This document shows positions 1-9,563 of a stretch of 53,349 nucleotides of DNA, in pieces. The position numbers were made by a program, and so were the translations under genes. Where the stretch lies: assembly GCA_964354805.1 (NCBI GenBank), contig CAYHBD010000029.1:1-53349 (forward strand), in the 5' to 3' direction. A model generated the notes under the pieces. It had not been told where the DNA came from, did no database searches, and saw nothing but the letters and a program-made list of their open reading frames with translations. Position 1 is the first letter of the stretch; every line of letters begins with the position of its first letter. Origin of the DNA: an uncultured archaeon. Lineage in GTDB: Archaea; Iainarchaeota; Iainarchaeia; Iainarchaeales; GCA-2688035.

Positions 1-2
1 AT

Positions 3-404
3 TTTATACGAGATGGACTAAATGAGTTCTTTACCAAATTGGGTTATGAACATAGTTTAAGTGATAAACTTAATTCATTAAAGCAAAAAATTCAGATTGT
101 TGGAAAATACAAGACCTTAGATGAAATTAAAGATACCACCACCCAAGAAGAAATCAAACAATACATTTTGGATTTATCAAAACAAGAGCACCTTGTTGTT
201 TTAACGGGCGAATTGGAGAATTTTTATTCAGAAAAACCAAGATTTGATAAAGAAGGAGGCGTAATAGAAACAATTTCCAAAGCCATGGAAAATAGTAAAA
301 AAATTAGCGACTACGTTCGTATTAATGAGTATACTGCAGCTTTTAGAATTTTTATAAAAGATTGCTTGAAGCTAGACCTAGTCGAGGTTGATAAAAATGC
401 ATGA
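3..404 (+). CDS. 5'-truncated ORF; possibly the C-terminus of an OLD-family/TOPRIM ATP-dependent nuclease
   Basis: Frame is open from the window edge (FIRDGLNEFFTKLGYEH...). LVVLTGELENFY resembles the GxLExY motif seen late in OLD-type TOPRIM domains (weak). Confidence 0.35.
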   Translation, partial: FIRDGLNEFFTKLGYEHSLSDKLNSLKQKIQIVGKYKTLDEIKDTTTQEEIKQYILDLSKQEHLVVLTGELENFYSEKPRFDKEGGVIETISKAMENSKKISDYVRINEYTAAFRIFIKDCLKLDLVEVDKNA

Positions 405-505
405 AAGAATCATTAGGCCCTATGTTAAAACAAAATGGGCTTGTTTCCCAATTTCTTCCTTTTCGCCCATTCCATTTGAAATTAGTACCCCCGGAGATTT
501 GAACA

Positions 506-634
506 TTAAACCACCGCCCCAGCCTGCACTCCCACCAGAAACGCCAGCACGAGCTTTCCGTATTTGTAGGCTGCCTCGTTAAAGCCGTATGTCCACATCA
601 CAAAAATGGAGCCGACGAGAAGCCAGGAAAACAA
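506..634 (-). other. Short hydrophobic ORF or gene remnant (42 aa)
   Basis: TTG start, (M)FSWLLVGSIFVMWTYGFNEAAYKYGKLVLAFLVGVQAGAVV*. Two hydrophobic segments, no clear RBS. Confidence 0.25.
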
Positions 635-675
635 TTAAAAGCCTAGTAAAAAAAAGAAAGAAAAGCGGTTGTTTT

Positions 676-1302
676 TTAACCGCATCTAAAGCACTGTAGC
701 TGGATTTCTTCGCTAACGCTTGCAGGGTTACCCCTTGTTGCTATATAGTAATTCCACTTGCTTGGATTGGTTGAATCTGGTGCAGAACTCATCTCAAGAT
801 AGTACATGCTCATTGGTCCACCCCAAGTCCTTTGCAAATAGATTATGTTTACTGCGGTCCATCCGTCATCACAGTATAATTCTTTTGTTACGCTTGTGTC
901 ACTGTTTGGAGCTATGTACACATTAACTGCTGGCATCAACTTAAACCCACAGCTTGCATCGGAACCGGCTGGTCCCGGTAGCCCTTGTGACCCTTCTGGC
1001 CCTTGCAATCCCTGTTCTCCTTGTGGTCCAGGTGCCCCTTGTTCACCCAGCGGTCCTTCTGGCCCTGGTGGTCCAGGAATTAATTGAATGTTGTTAATTT
1101 GATTTTGCAGGCCAACGATTGCATTCCACAGCTTTGATACTTCAGCTTGTAGCTTCCAAATTGCCTTCCACAGCTGGTACCAAGGCGAGTACCCAGCTGA
1201 ATTACTCTGCGCACTAATTTGCGTACTGCTATTAGTAGCAAAAACCAAAGTGCTGCCAAGCAAAACGAAGCACAGCGTTAACGCTATCAGTTTTTTATTC
1301 AT
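676..1302 (-). CDS. Secreted collagen-like protein (signal peptide, coiled coil, Gly-X-Y repeats, Cys-containing C-terminal domain)
   Basis: N-terminal [22 protein letters not shown]; heptad-like [27 protein letters not shown]; about 13 GXY triplets ([18 protein letters not shown]...); RBS GAGGTGG. Confidence 0.85.
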   Translation of the reverse strand: MNKKLIALTLCFVLLGSTLVFATNSSTQISAQSNSAGYSPWYQLWKAIWKLQAEVSKLWNAIVGLQNQINNIQLIPGPPGPEGPLGEQGAPGPQGEQGLQGPEGSQGLPGPAGSDASCGFKLMPAVNVYIAPNSDTSVTKELYCDDGWTAVNIIYLQRTWGGPMSMYYLEMSSAPDSTNPSKWNYYIATRGNPASVSEEIQLQCFRCG

Positions 1303-1556
1303 AAATCCACCTCATTAAAAATTGCCCCGTTGCAAATTAAAAAAATATGTATTTATGTAGCAACGGCTCTTGGTGAACCGACTCTGCTTCAGCTCGCCAT
1401 CCTGCCCAACAACTCTTCGGCTTTCCTCATCATCTCATGCTGTTCTTCAATCGCGGTCATAAAGAATCAATGGAGCATTCAATGGTTTTTAAATCTGTTG
1501 CCGTTTTAGGCAATGAACGAAATAATAAAATAATGTTAGGACATAAAATAAATTGA

Positions 1557-3656
1557 ATGAAAGAAAACGATGAAGATATAATTACTGATTTTGAAAACTT
1601 TGAATTAGAGTTTCATGATGATACGGTAACATTGAGAGATAAAAAAGCCGAATTTTATGGGAAATACAGTGAATCATCAAACAAAGAGTATTTAGTTATT
1701 TACGAAGAAGGATACGAGGACGAATCAAGCGGAAAATTGGAAGAAATTTCAGGTCAAATCTACCTAATTTGGAACAGGAAAAAGATTCTTTGGAGAAAAT
1801 CAGTGCTCCGCCCAGACAATGTGCTTGTTACTAATGATGGATTAGTAATAGTCAATGTTGATGGAAAAATAGTGTTTTCTGACAAAGATGGAAAAAAGTC
1901 TTTTGAGTATACATTTTTATCCCTAATCGCGGCAATGAAACTATCCCCGAAACAGGAATTCCTAATTGTTACATTATGTTTCCCAGAAAACAAAATTTTT
2001 TGTTTTGACGTGAGGCGCAAAGAATTAATTTGGGCAGTTAAAAACCCTAGCACTTTCGTTCTATTGAAAATAAATGCTCATGAAAAAGGGATTACTTTTA
2101 AATGCAGAAGGGAAGATTATGAACGCGTTTTCACTTTCGATTATAATGGCAATCTTATAGAAGACGAAATGCCTCCTTATTACAAAGCTATTTCCTTATT
2201 TAAACAAAAACAGTTTGAAAAGGCCGAAGAGCTATTCAAATCCGCATTAGCTTCTGACTCTGAAAACTCAAGAATATTTAGGTATTTGGGCGAAATAAGG
2301 TATAATGACAAGGACTACAGGAAGGCATATGATTATTTCATGAAAGCCAAGAAAATTGATGATAATGAAGCAAATTATATCCCAAGGACATTATTGAAAA
2401 AAATAGAAATGTGTGAAATAAAATTAGGTCTGAAAGGAAGTGCTGAAATAGAAAAAGAGAAAATTAGGCTTTCATTCAACAACCCAAAATTTGCTGAAAT
2501 AAGGAAGGGGCATATAACTCAGATAGTTGGAAAAATAGGGGGCCATATTCTTTGTCTGGTTCCGCACCAGGGGAAGCTTTTACTGGTTAAGGAAAATTCG
2601 GATTTTGTTATGACCAGGAAATTTGACTCCCATATAACAAATATAAAAATAAGTGAAAGAGCGAAACATGTTTTAGTGTTCCACTATGCAACTGAGGGCT
2701 ACTCAGGGCCAAAAAAATTTGTTTTACTAAATGAGAAATTAGAAATAGCGGGTTCTGCAACGTTTGATAAATTGGGTTTTGATGCGCCACCAGTTAATTA
2801 TGTGCCAAGGTCTGGGATGGAAGTTTCCGAGTCATTAGGGGCAATTATCATTTCATATATGGCAACTATTAATTTTTACGATTTTGGGTTTAATCTTTTG
2901 TTTAGCTTGAAGAATATCTATCCACGCATGTTTAAGGTTGGGTGGGAATATTTTAAAGAATATGAGGATGTGATACAACAGATAATAAGTCAAATAGCGG
3001 GAGGCGTGAGCGTTAAAGATGTAGAAAAAGCTAAGCAGATCTTTGCCTTGGATAATTATGGAGTGTCTAAAATTAAATTAAGGTTCAAAGAACTTGTCAA
3101 AAAGTACCATCCTGATGTGAATAAATCAACAGATGCAAAAGAGAGGACTGTGGACATATTGTTGGCATACCAAACTTTGATGAAATGTAATGAAGAGAAT
3201 GGTTTGGAAGATGTTCACAAAATGGAGAAACTATCCCCTGACAGAATAGATTGGGTAAGCTGTGTTGAAGTTATAGATGGTACGCTATTTTTTGGGGGGT
3301 ACTCGGGGCGGGTAGTGGGCTTGGATATAAAAGAAATCAAACATAATATTGCAAAAAAAAGTATTGGGAAACATTGGACACCAAGGTCTAATCCCAAGTC
3401 CAGAGGAATGATAGCACAGATAGAAAGTTTTTTTCCAGCCCAAAATTTTTATTTTAAGAGTCCGAACAACGATCTCAATGTCGTATTTGATATTATATTT
3501 GATATTATAGATGACGACGACAGAATAATAATAAAGACTAGCTCAAACCCATTTGCGCTAAGTTACATGCTATTCACCCAAAATGATCGTGTAGCATATA
3601 AAGTGTCTAAACAAAAATTTCTTGAAGAACAATTGTTGAGATTGCCAATTAAATAA
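1557..3656 (+). CDS. Multidomain protein: beta-propeller-like repeats, TPR and J-domain
   Basis: PQQ/WD-like repeats (ILWRKS, IFCFDVRRKELIW); TPR (YYKAISLFKQKQFEKAEELFKSAL...YLGEIRYNDKDYRKAYDYFMKA); J-domain with HPD (KIKLRFKELVKKYHPDVNK...ILLAYQTL). Confidence 0.75.
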   Translation: MKENDEDIITDFENFELEFHDDTVTLRDKKAEFYGKYSESSNKEYLVIYEEGYEDESSGKLEEISGQIYLIWNRKKILWRKSVLRPDNVLVTNDGLVIVNVDGKIVFSDKDGKKSFEYTFLSLIAAMKLSPKQEFLIVTLCFPENKIFCFDVRRKELIWAVKNPSTFVLLKINAHEKGITFKCRREDYERVFTFDYNGNLIEDEMPPYYKAISLFKQKQFEKAEELFKSALASDSENSRIFRYLGEIRYNDKDYRKAYDYFMKAKKIDDNEANYIPRTLLKKIEMCEIKLGLKGSAEIEKEKIRLSFNNPKFAEIRKGHITQIVGKIGGHILCLVPHQGKLLLVKENSDFVMTRKFDSHITNIKISERAKHVLVFHYATEGYSGPKKFVLLNEKLEIAGSATFDKLGFDAPPVNYVPRSGMEVSESLGAIIISYMATINFYDFGFNLLFSLKNIYPRMFKVGWEYFKEYEDVIQQIISQIAGGVSVKDVEKAKQIFALDNYGVSKIKLRFKELVKKYHPDVNKSTDAKERTVDILLAYQTLMKCNEENGLEDVHKMEKLSPDRIDWVSCVEVIDGTLFFGGYSGRVVGLDIKEIKHNIAKKSIGKHWTPRSNPKSRGMIAQIESFFPAQNFYFKSPNNDLNVVFDIIFDIIDDDDRIIIKTSSNPFALSYMLFTQNDRVAYKVSKQKFLEEQLLRLPIK

Positions 3657-3689
3657 GTAAAAAATAATTTTTGTTTATACTTGAGCATT

Positions 3690-3854
3690 ATGGCAAAGCA
3701 ACCAACGTATCTGCCCTGCCCAAAACCCGATTGCAAAGGGAAAGTGAACTTAAAAACCGGGGTTTGCGGAAGTTGCCAAAACGAGATGAACGAAGAAGAT
3801 AAGCACAAAGCACTTACAAAATATATTAATAAAAAAGTGGCAAAAGCTTTATGA
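3690..3854 (+). CDS. Small zinc-ribbon protein (54 aa), not in the ORF track
   Basis: MAKQPTYLPCPKPDCKGKVNLKTGVCGSCQNEMNEEDKHKALTKYINKKVAKAL*, with CPxxxC...CxxC. Confidence 0.65.
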   Translation: MAKQPTYLPCPKPDCKGKVNLKTGVCGSCQNEMNEEDKHKALTKYINKKVAKAL

Positions 3855-3938
3855 CCATACCACATAGACTCAGTAGTGCTTATTTGCAGTACGCGCATTT
3901 TTTCTTTTTCCGGCGGCCTGTTTTGTTGTTTCGGAAGG

Positions 3939-5006
3939 TTATTTCTTCCTCGCTTCCTGCACTATCAGCGCATCAGCCAGCACCATTGCAACCATAGCCT
4001 CAGCCACTGGCACAATCCTTGGGCAGATGCATGGGTCGTGCATCCCCTCAATTTTGATTGTTGCATTTCTTCCTTTTACATCAACTGTTTTCTGGGGCAA
4101 TGCAATTGAAGAAGTTGGCTTTACTGCAATTCGCGCAATAATATCCTGGCCTGTTGAGATTCCGCCCAGAATCCCGCCCGCGTTATTGCTTTTGAACAAA
4201 ATTTTTCCCTTGCTTGAAAACATTTCGTCATTGCATTGCTTGCCAGTCATGCGCGCAACGGAAAAGCCAGCGCCGATTTCAACGCCCTTGACAGCACCAA
4301 TGCCCATCAGGGCTTTTGCAATCTCTGCATCCAGCTTTCCGAAAACAGGCTCACCCAAACCGACTGGAACGCCTGTTGCAATTATTTCAACAATGCCGCC
4401 AACACTATTGCCCTTTGCTTTTGCAGCAAGAATGGCTTTCTCCATCCGCTTTGCTGCAGCACTATCAGGGCATCTGACTGGATTTTTTTCAATCTCTTTT
4501 TCGGAAAAGGATTTTGCTTTAATGCCGGCAATCTCTTTTGAAAAAGCAATTACTTTAATTCCGTTTTTGGCAAGAATTTTTTTTGCGATTGCGCCTGCAG
4601 CAACCCTTGCAACTGTTTCCCTGCCACTGCTTCTCCCACCCCCCCTATAATCGCGAATGCCGAATTTTTTCAGGCAAGTGTAATCGGCCTGCCCCGGCCT
4701 GAATAAATCCTTTATTTTCTCGTACTTGCTTGAGTCCATGCCTTTGTTGAAAACAAGCATGCAGATTGGCGCGCCTGTTGTTTTTCCATCAAAAATTCCG
4801 CTCAAAATCTCTATTTTGTCCTCTTCTTTTCTTGCTGTTGTAACAGCGCTCTGCCCAGGCTTTCTCCTGTCGAGCTCGCGCTGGATTTCTTCTTCGCTTA
4901 TGGGCAAGCCCGGCTTTACACCGTCAATTACAACACCAACAGCCTTGCCATGGCTCTCTCCAAAAGTCATTATCTGGAATGCCTTTCCGAAAACGTTTCC
5001 GCTCAT
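3939..5006 (-). CDS. aroC: Chorismate synthase
   Basis: TFGESHG, RPGQAD, GGGRSSGRET and NNAGGILGGIS motifs; start at MSGNVFG. Confidence 0.97.
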   Translation of the reverse strand: MSGNVFGKAFQIMTFGESHGKAVGVVIDGVKPGLPISEEEIQRELDRRKPGQSAVTTARKEEDKIEILSGIFDGKTTGAPICMLVFNKGMDSSKYEKIKDLFRPGQADYTCLKKFGIRDYRGGGRSSGRETVARVAAGAIAKKILAKNGIKVIAFSKEIAGIKAKSFSEKEIEKNPVRCPDSAAAKRMEKAILAAKAKGNSVGGIVEIIATGVPVGLGEPVFGKLDAEIAKALMGIGAVKGVEIGAGFSVARMTGKQCNDEMFSSKGKILFKSNNAGGILGGISTGQDIIARIAVKPTSSIALPQKTVDVKGRNATIKIEGMHDPCICPRIVPVAEAMVAMVLADALIVQEARKK

Positions 5007-5043
5007 TTTTTTACACCAAATTTTCCTTTTCCGAAAAATCAAT

Positions 5044-5856
5044 TCATTTTGTTAATTCCTTTAACACGATTTCCCTCATTAACTCAATCGGCGCTTCTTT
5101 TCCTGTCCAGAGCCTGAATTGCTCTGCTCCCTGCGCCAAAAACATTTCAATTCCTGCGATTGTTTCGCAGCCTGCTTTTTTTGCTTCCCGCAAAAGCATT
5201 GTTTCAAGCGGGTTGTAAACTATATCAAAAACAAGCAAATCTTTTTTTAATAAGGTTTTTTCAACAGGCATTGCGTTCGCTTTAGGGCTCATGCCGACAG
5301 GGGTTGCATTAATCAGAATGTCAAAATCAAGCGAGTTCAGTTTTTCAAGCTGAGCGCAAGAGCAGCCGATTGCCGCTGCAAGATATTTCGCTTTCAAAAA
5401 ATCAATGTCTGAGATTGTTGTCTGCGCTTTTTCCTGCTGCAATGCAAAGGCAATAGCCCTTCCAGCGCCCCCAGCGCCGAGCAAAGCAACTCGTTTTCCA
5501 TTCAATTCTGTTTTTGCTTTGAGGGCATTGATTGCGGCAGGCGCATCGGTGTTGTATCCGACCAACAGGTTGTTTTCATTCACAACAGTGTTGACTGCCA
5601 TGATTTTTGCCGCAAGCGCATCAGTCCTGTCAAGGTGCTTTATTATTTTTTCCTTGAACGGAATTGTTACGCTATAGCCCCTGAAGTCAAGTTGCCGCAT
5701 TGCATCAACAGCCAGCTTGAGGTTTTTCACATCAAAGGCAAGGTATACATAGTTCAGGTTGAGGGCTTGGAAAGCTGCATTGTGCATTGCAGGGCTCATG
5801 CTGTGGGCAACAGGATGCCCGATCAGGGCAATCAGCCTTGTTTTTGCGTCAATCAT
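5044..5856 (-). CDS. aroE: Shikimate dehydrogenase
   Basis: GHPVAHSMSP, SVTIPFK, AVNT, GYNTD, GAGGAG and NATPVGM motifs. Confidence 0.96.
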   Translation of the reverse strand: MIDAKTRLIALIGHPVAHSMSPAMHNAAFQALNLNYVYLAFDVKNLKLAVDAMRQLDFRGYSVTIPFKEKIIKHLDRTDALAAKIMAVNTVVNENNLLVGYNTDAPAAINALKAKTELNGKRVALLGAGGAGRAIAFALQQEKAQTTISDIDFLKAKYLAAAIGCSCAQLEKLNSLDFDILINATPVGMSPKANAMPVEKTLLKKDLLVFDIVYNPLETMLLREAKKAGCETIAGIEMFLAQGAEQFRLWTGKEAPIELMREIVLKELTK

Positions 5857-5988
5857 TTTTGCTCAGCCCCAACAGCAATGCAATCAACTTTGTTTCAGCA
5901 TCAATCATTTTCCAACACCTTTTTAACTTTTGCAGGAATCATTTGCTCAGCTCCTTTTTCATTTCACCAGTACTTAATTTTGCCCCAA
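5857..5988 (-). repeat. Spacer made of diverged copies of the aroE start and aroD end
   Basis: From 5908 down, minus strand reads MIDAETKLIALLLG (aroE starts MIDAKTRLIALIG). 5939-5962 reads MKKELSK* (aroD ends MRKELSK*). Confidence 0.85.
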
Positions 5989-6651
5989 TCATTTGCTCAG
6001 CTCCTTTCGCATTTTATCAATGGGCAATTGGCCTGCTGCGCTTTCTTTTCCTTTTGCGAGAGAGGCGAATGTCAGCAGCGAGCCCATTTTAATGCACTGT
6101 ACTCTGCTTTTTTTGCCTTTTGGCCCCATGCAAAAGGCAATTATTTGTTTTCCGTATTTTTTTGCCACGGGAATTAATGCAAGGATTGTGTCATTGTCCT
6201 GCTCTGAGTTTGCAAAAGTGACAATCTTCACCACATGGCAGGGCAGGGAAAGCATTGCGCTCAGGGTTTGAATCAGTTCCGGCAGCGGGGGGGTTGCCTC
6301 GAAATCGTGGAAAGAGAGAATTATTCTGGCATTTTTCCTGTTTTTGGAAAACCCCGGCAAAAAGTCCTTGTCCTCGCCAAAATCAATGTCAATGTAGGAA
6401 GCGCCGAGCTCTGCTGCCTTGAAAAGCAAAAAGCGCCTTTCTGTCGGCTCAACAGAAGCCCCGAAGTTTTGCGCCATGAAAGTGACGATAACAGGCTTTT
6501 TGCACTGCTCAAGCAGCTCGGCAAGGATTGTTTCATTGACTTCCTTTAGAAAATCAAGGCGGAGCTCGATTGCATCAGCTTTTTCGTTGGCAATTTTAAT
6601 ATCGGCAATGGCCTGCTCTGCAGTGGCAGCTGTTATCGGAATTGCAATCAT
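5989..6651 (-). CDS. aroD: Type I 3-dehydroquinate dehydratase
   Basis: ADAIELRLD, ILSFHDF, VVKIV, AFCMG..G..SR and SAAGQ motifs. Confidence 0.93.
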   Translation of the reverse strand: MIAIPITAATAEQAIADIKIANEKADAIELRLDFLKEVNETILAELLEQCKKPVIVTFMAQNFGASVEPTERRFLLFKAAELGASYIDIDFGEDKDFLPGFSKNRKNARIILSFHDFEATPPLPELIQTLSAMLSLPCHVVKIVTFANSEQDNDTILALIPVAKKYGKQIIAFCMGPKGKKSRVQCIKMGSLLTFASLAKGKESAAGQLPIDKMRKELSK

Positions 6652-7169
6652 TGCAGCTCACTTAAAATTTTTTTAACTATTTTAGGCACTGTTGAATTGG
6701 TGCAGTCAATTATTATGTCGGCGGATTTTTCATAAATTAGCTCGCGCCTTGCAAGCTCTTTTTTCATTGAGCCCTCCAAATCGTTCTGGTCGAGGAAGGC
6801 CGGAACACCGGTCTTTTTTATTCTAACAAGCAATCTTTCAGGAGAATCGCGCAGGTAAATAAGCGTGCAGCAGCTTTTCAGCAAATCAACGCTGGCTGAA
6901 TAGGCAACTGTTCCTCCGCCAAGCGCAATTACGCAATCCTTTTTTTCAGGCAGCTGCTCAACCGCCCTTGCTTCAAGAGAGCGAAAGTAGTCTGCCCCAT
7001 ACTTTTTGTGGATTTCCCTGAAACCAAGCTTTTCCCCACTTCCATTTTCATGCAGTGCAGTAATCAAATCATCCAGTTCAACGAATTCCTTTTTCATTTT
7101 TTTGGCCAAAGCCTTTGCAACGCTGCTTTTTCCGCAGCACTTGAAGCCCATTATTGCAATGTTTTTCAT
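6648..7169 (-). CDS. aroK: Shikimate kinase, bacterial-type P-loop family
   Basis: GFKCCGKS Walker A, G..YFR.LE and VIALGGG motifs. Confidence 0.92.
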   Translation of the reverse strand: MKNIAIMGFKCCGKSSVAKALAKKMKKEFVELDDLITALHENGSGEKLGFREIHKKYGADYFRSLEARAVEQLPEKKDCVIALGGGTVAYSASVDLLKSCCTLIYLRDSPERLLVRIKKTGVPAFLDQNDLEGSMKKELARRELIYEKSADIIIDCTNSTVPKIVKKILSELQ

Positions 7170-8440
7170 TTTAACATCTCCATTTTTGCGCCAATCTTCC
7201 GCATATCGACAGCAAAGGAGGGATATGTTTTGTTCATGCCCTCGGCAGTGGAAATTTTTGTAATGCCATCCGCGTTCAGGCCGGCAATTGCAAGGGCCAT
7301 TATTGTCCTGTGGTCATTGTAGCCGTTTACATCAGCGCCATGCAGAGTGCTCTTTCTCACAATCAGGCCATTGGGCAATTCCTCAATATCAGCGCCCATT
7401 TTCCGCAGCTCTGCTGCCATTGCCCTTATCCTGTCTGTTTCCTTTATCCTCGCCTGCGCTACATTAACCAGGCGCGTTTCTCCGGAAGCAAAACAGCCTG
7501 CAACAGCAAGGGCCGGCAGGGCATCAGGGGTTGCATTCAAATCAAGCTCTTTTCCGGTTAGTTCGCTGCTGTTCACCAGAATGCCTTCTTTCTTTACAAT
7601 AATGTCTGCGCCCATTCTCTTGAGCATGTTCAAAACATCTTTGTCTCCCTGCAAATCATTCAGGTCAAGGCCCTTTAAAAGAACGCTTGAGCTGCCGGTT
7701 ATTGCTGCGGCGCATAAGGGGAAGCAGGCGCTTGACCAGTCGGCGGGAATTGCTTTCTCAAAAGAATTGAATTGCTGATTTCCTTCAATATTGAATTTTT
7801 CGAAATTTGAATTTGCCTTGCATTTCACCCCAAGCCCGCGCATCCAGTGCATTGTCATTTCAATGTAAGGGGTTTCACTTGGGGCAATAACATGCATCTC
7901 AGTATCCTGCTCTGCTATTGCCGCGCTGAGCAGCAGGCTTGAAACAGGCTGTGAGCTCAATCCATCAATCCCAGTGCTGCCGCCTTTAATGAAACCGCTG
8001 ATTTTCAAGGGCGGCTTTCCCCTGTTTTGAAAAGATTCGGCTTTTCCGCCCAAATCATTTATGCCCTTGCAGATTGGCTCAAAAGGCCTTGCTCTCAGTG
8101 ATTCTCCGCCGGTGATAATGATTGGGCCTTTTGCATGACCTGCAATGCCTGCAAGAAAATTTGTGCTGATGCCGCTGTTTGCCAGATCAACCTCTTTTGC
8201 AGGGGTTTTTGGCTTGCCTGCAAAGCCCTTTATTTCACAGTAGCCCTTTTCCTTTACCGATGCTCCGAATGCCCTGCAGCCTGCAAGGCAGGCGCTTGAA
8301 TCATCCGATTGCAATGGCAAAAGAATTTTCGAAATACCGCTTGCAAGCGATGCAATGACAAAAGCCCTGATTGTATGGCTCTTTGAACCGGGAATCTGAA
8401 TGGCACCTTGCAGAGAAGAGCGCTTTATAACTAACTGCAT
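7166..8440 (-). CDS. aroA: EPSP synthase
   Basis: PGSKSHTIR, SLRARP, SSQ, RIKETDRI and DHRTIMA motifs; start MQLVIK after GGGTGA. Confidence 0.96.
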   Translation of the reverse strand: MQLVIKRSSLQGAIQIPGSKSHTIRAFVIASLASGISKILLPLQSDDSSACLAGCRAFGASVKEKGYCEIKGFAGKPKTPAKEVDLANSGISTNFLAGIAGHAKGPIIITGGESLRARPFEPICKGINDLGGKAESFQNRGKPPLKISGFIKGGSTGIDGLSSQPVSSLLLSAAIAEQDTEMHVIAPSETPYIEMTMHWMRGLGVKCKANSNFEKFNIEGNQQFNSFEKAIPADWSSACFPLCAAAITGSSSVLLKGLDLNDLQGDKDVLNMLKRMGADIIVKKEGILVNSSELTGKELDLNATPDALPALAVAGCFASGETRLVNVAQARIKETDRIRAMAAELRKMGADIEELPNGLIVRKSTLHGADVNGYNDHRTIMALAIAGLNADGITKISTAEGMNKTYPSFAVDMRKIGAKMEMLK

Positions 8441-8483
8441 TTTGCATTTCACCCAAAAGCATTTACATCCGCATTACATTTGC

Positions 8484-9563
8484 TTACCAGCTTACCGACA
8501 CTTCTTCTGGATAGCTGCCCAAGATTTTTACGAAAAGGCACTGTTTTTCCAGCTCGGCAAGGGCTGCCTTCACCTGGACATCTTCCCTAAAGCCCTCGAA
8601 GTCAACGAAGAAAACCACTTCCCACAATTTTTTCTTTGCAGGCCTTGACTCAATCTTTGTCATGCTGATGTTGTGTTCGGCAAAGGCTTTCAGCGCATTG
8701 AACAAGGTGCCTGCCTTGTGCTGGACGCTGAACATTATGCTTGTCTTGTCCTTTCCTGTTGCGCTGTTCTGCTCTTTTCCTATCACAAGGAAGCGCGTTA
8801 CATTATAAGGCGAGTCCTCAATGCTTCTTGCAACAATATTCAGGCTGAATTCTGGCGCAGCCATCTCTGATGCAATGGCAGCGCTGTTTTTTGTTTTTGA
8901 TGCCTGCTCTGCCGCCTTTGCAGTGCTGCTTGCCTCAACCAATTCGGCTTTAGGCAGATTTTTCGCCAGCCATTTTCTGCACTGGGCAAAAGCCTGCGGG
9001 TGGGAGTAAACTGTTTTAATTTCTGAAAGGGAATTTTTTGATAGAAGGCAGTGCTTTATGTCAAGCATTATTTCTGCTGCAATGTTCAGGCTGCTGTCAA
9101 GGAACATGTCCAGGGTGTGGCTTACTGTTCCCTCAATGCTGTTCTCTACTGGAACAACACCGTAATCTGCTTCCTGTTTTTCAACCGAATTGAATACATC
9201 CGAAATGCTGGCATAATCAATCAGCTTTGCGCTTGAGCCGAATTTTTTTAGCGCGGCAGCATGCGTGAAAGTTGTTTTCGGGCCGAGGAATGCTACAGCC
9301 AAGGGCTTTTCAGCAGCCCTGCTCATTGCAATAATCTCCGAGAAAACGCTTTTCACTGATTCTGCTGGAACAGCACCCTTTTTTTTAAGCAGGGCGCGCA
9401 GTATCTCTGCTTCCCTTGAGGGAACGAAAACAGGCTCTCCCTTGCCAGCCTTTTCCTTTCCTGCTTCTTTTGCAAGCTGCAATCTTTCCTGCAGCAAAGA
9501 AAGGATTTTTTCATCAACAACATCAATTTTTTTCCGCGTTTCCTGCAAACCCATAAAATTCAT
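8484..9563 (-). CDS. pheA: Bifunctional chorismate mutase / prephenate dehydratase
   Basis: N-terminal AroQ domain (RKKID..D...REAEIL), GVVPVENS, SHPQAFAQC, NVTRF and ACT-domain KIESRP. Confidence 0.96.
   Translation of the reverse strand: MNFMGLQETRKKIDVVDEKILSLLQERLQLAKEAGKEKAGKGEPVFVPSREAEILRALLKKKGAVPAESVKSVFSEIIAMSRAAEKPLAVAFLGPKTTFTHAAALKKFGSSAKLIDYASISDVFNSVEKQEADYGVVPVENSIEGTVSHTLDMFLDSSLNIAAEIMLDIKHCLLSKNSLSEIKTVYSHPQAFAQCRKWLAKNLPKAELVEASSTAKAAEQASKTKNSAAIASEMAAPEFSLNIVARSIEDSPYNVTRFLVIGKEQNSATGKDKTSIMFSVQHKAGTLFNALKAFAEHNISMTKIESRPAKKKLWEVVFFVDFEGFREDVQVKAALAELEKQCLFVKILGSYPEEVSVSW

Noticed and set aside
1389-1460. 23-aa minus-strand ORF MTAIEEQHEMMRKAEELLGRMAS upstream of the collagen gene
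   Set aside because: Too short, with no clear RBS or motif; cannot be distinguished from chance or a remnant.
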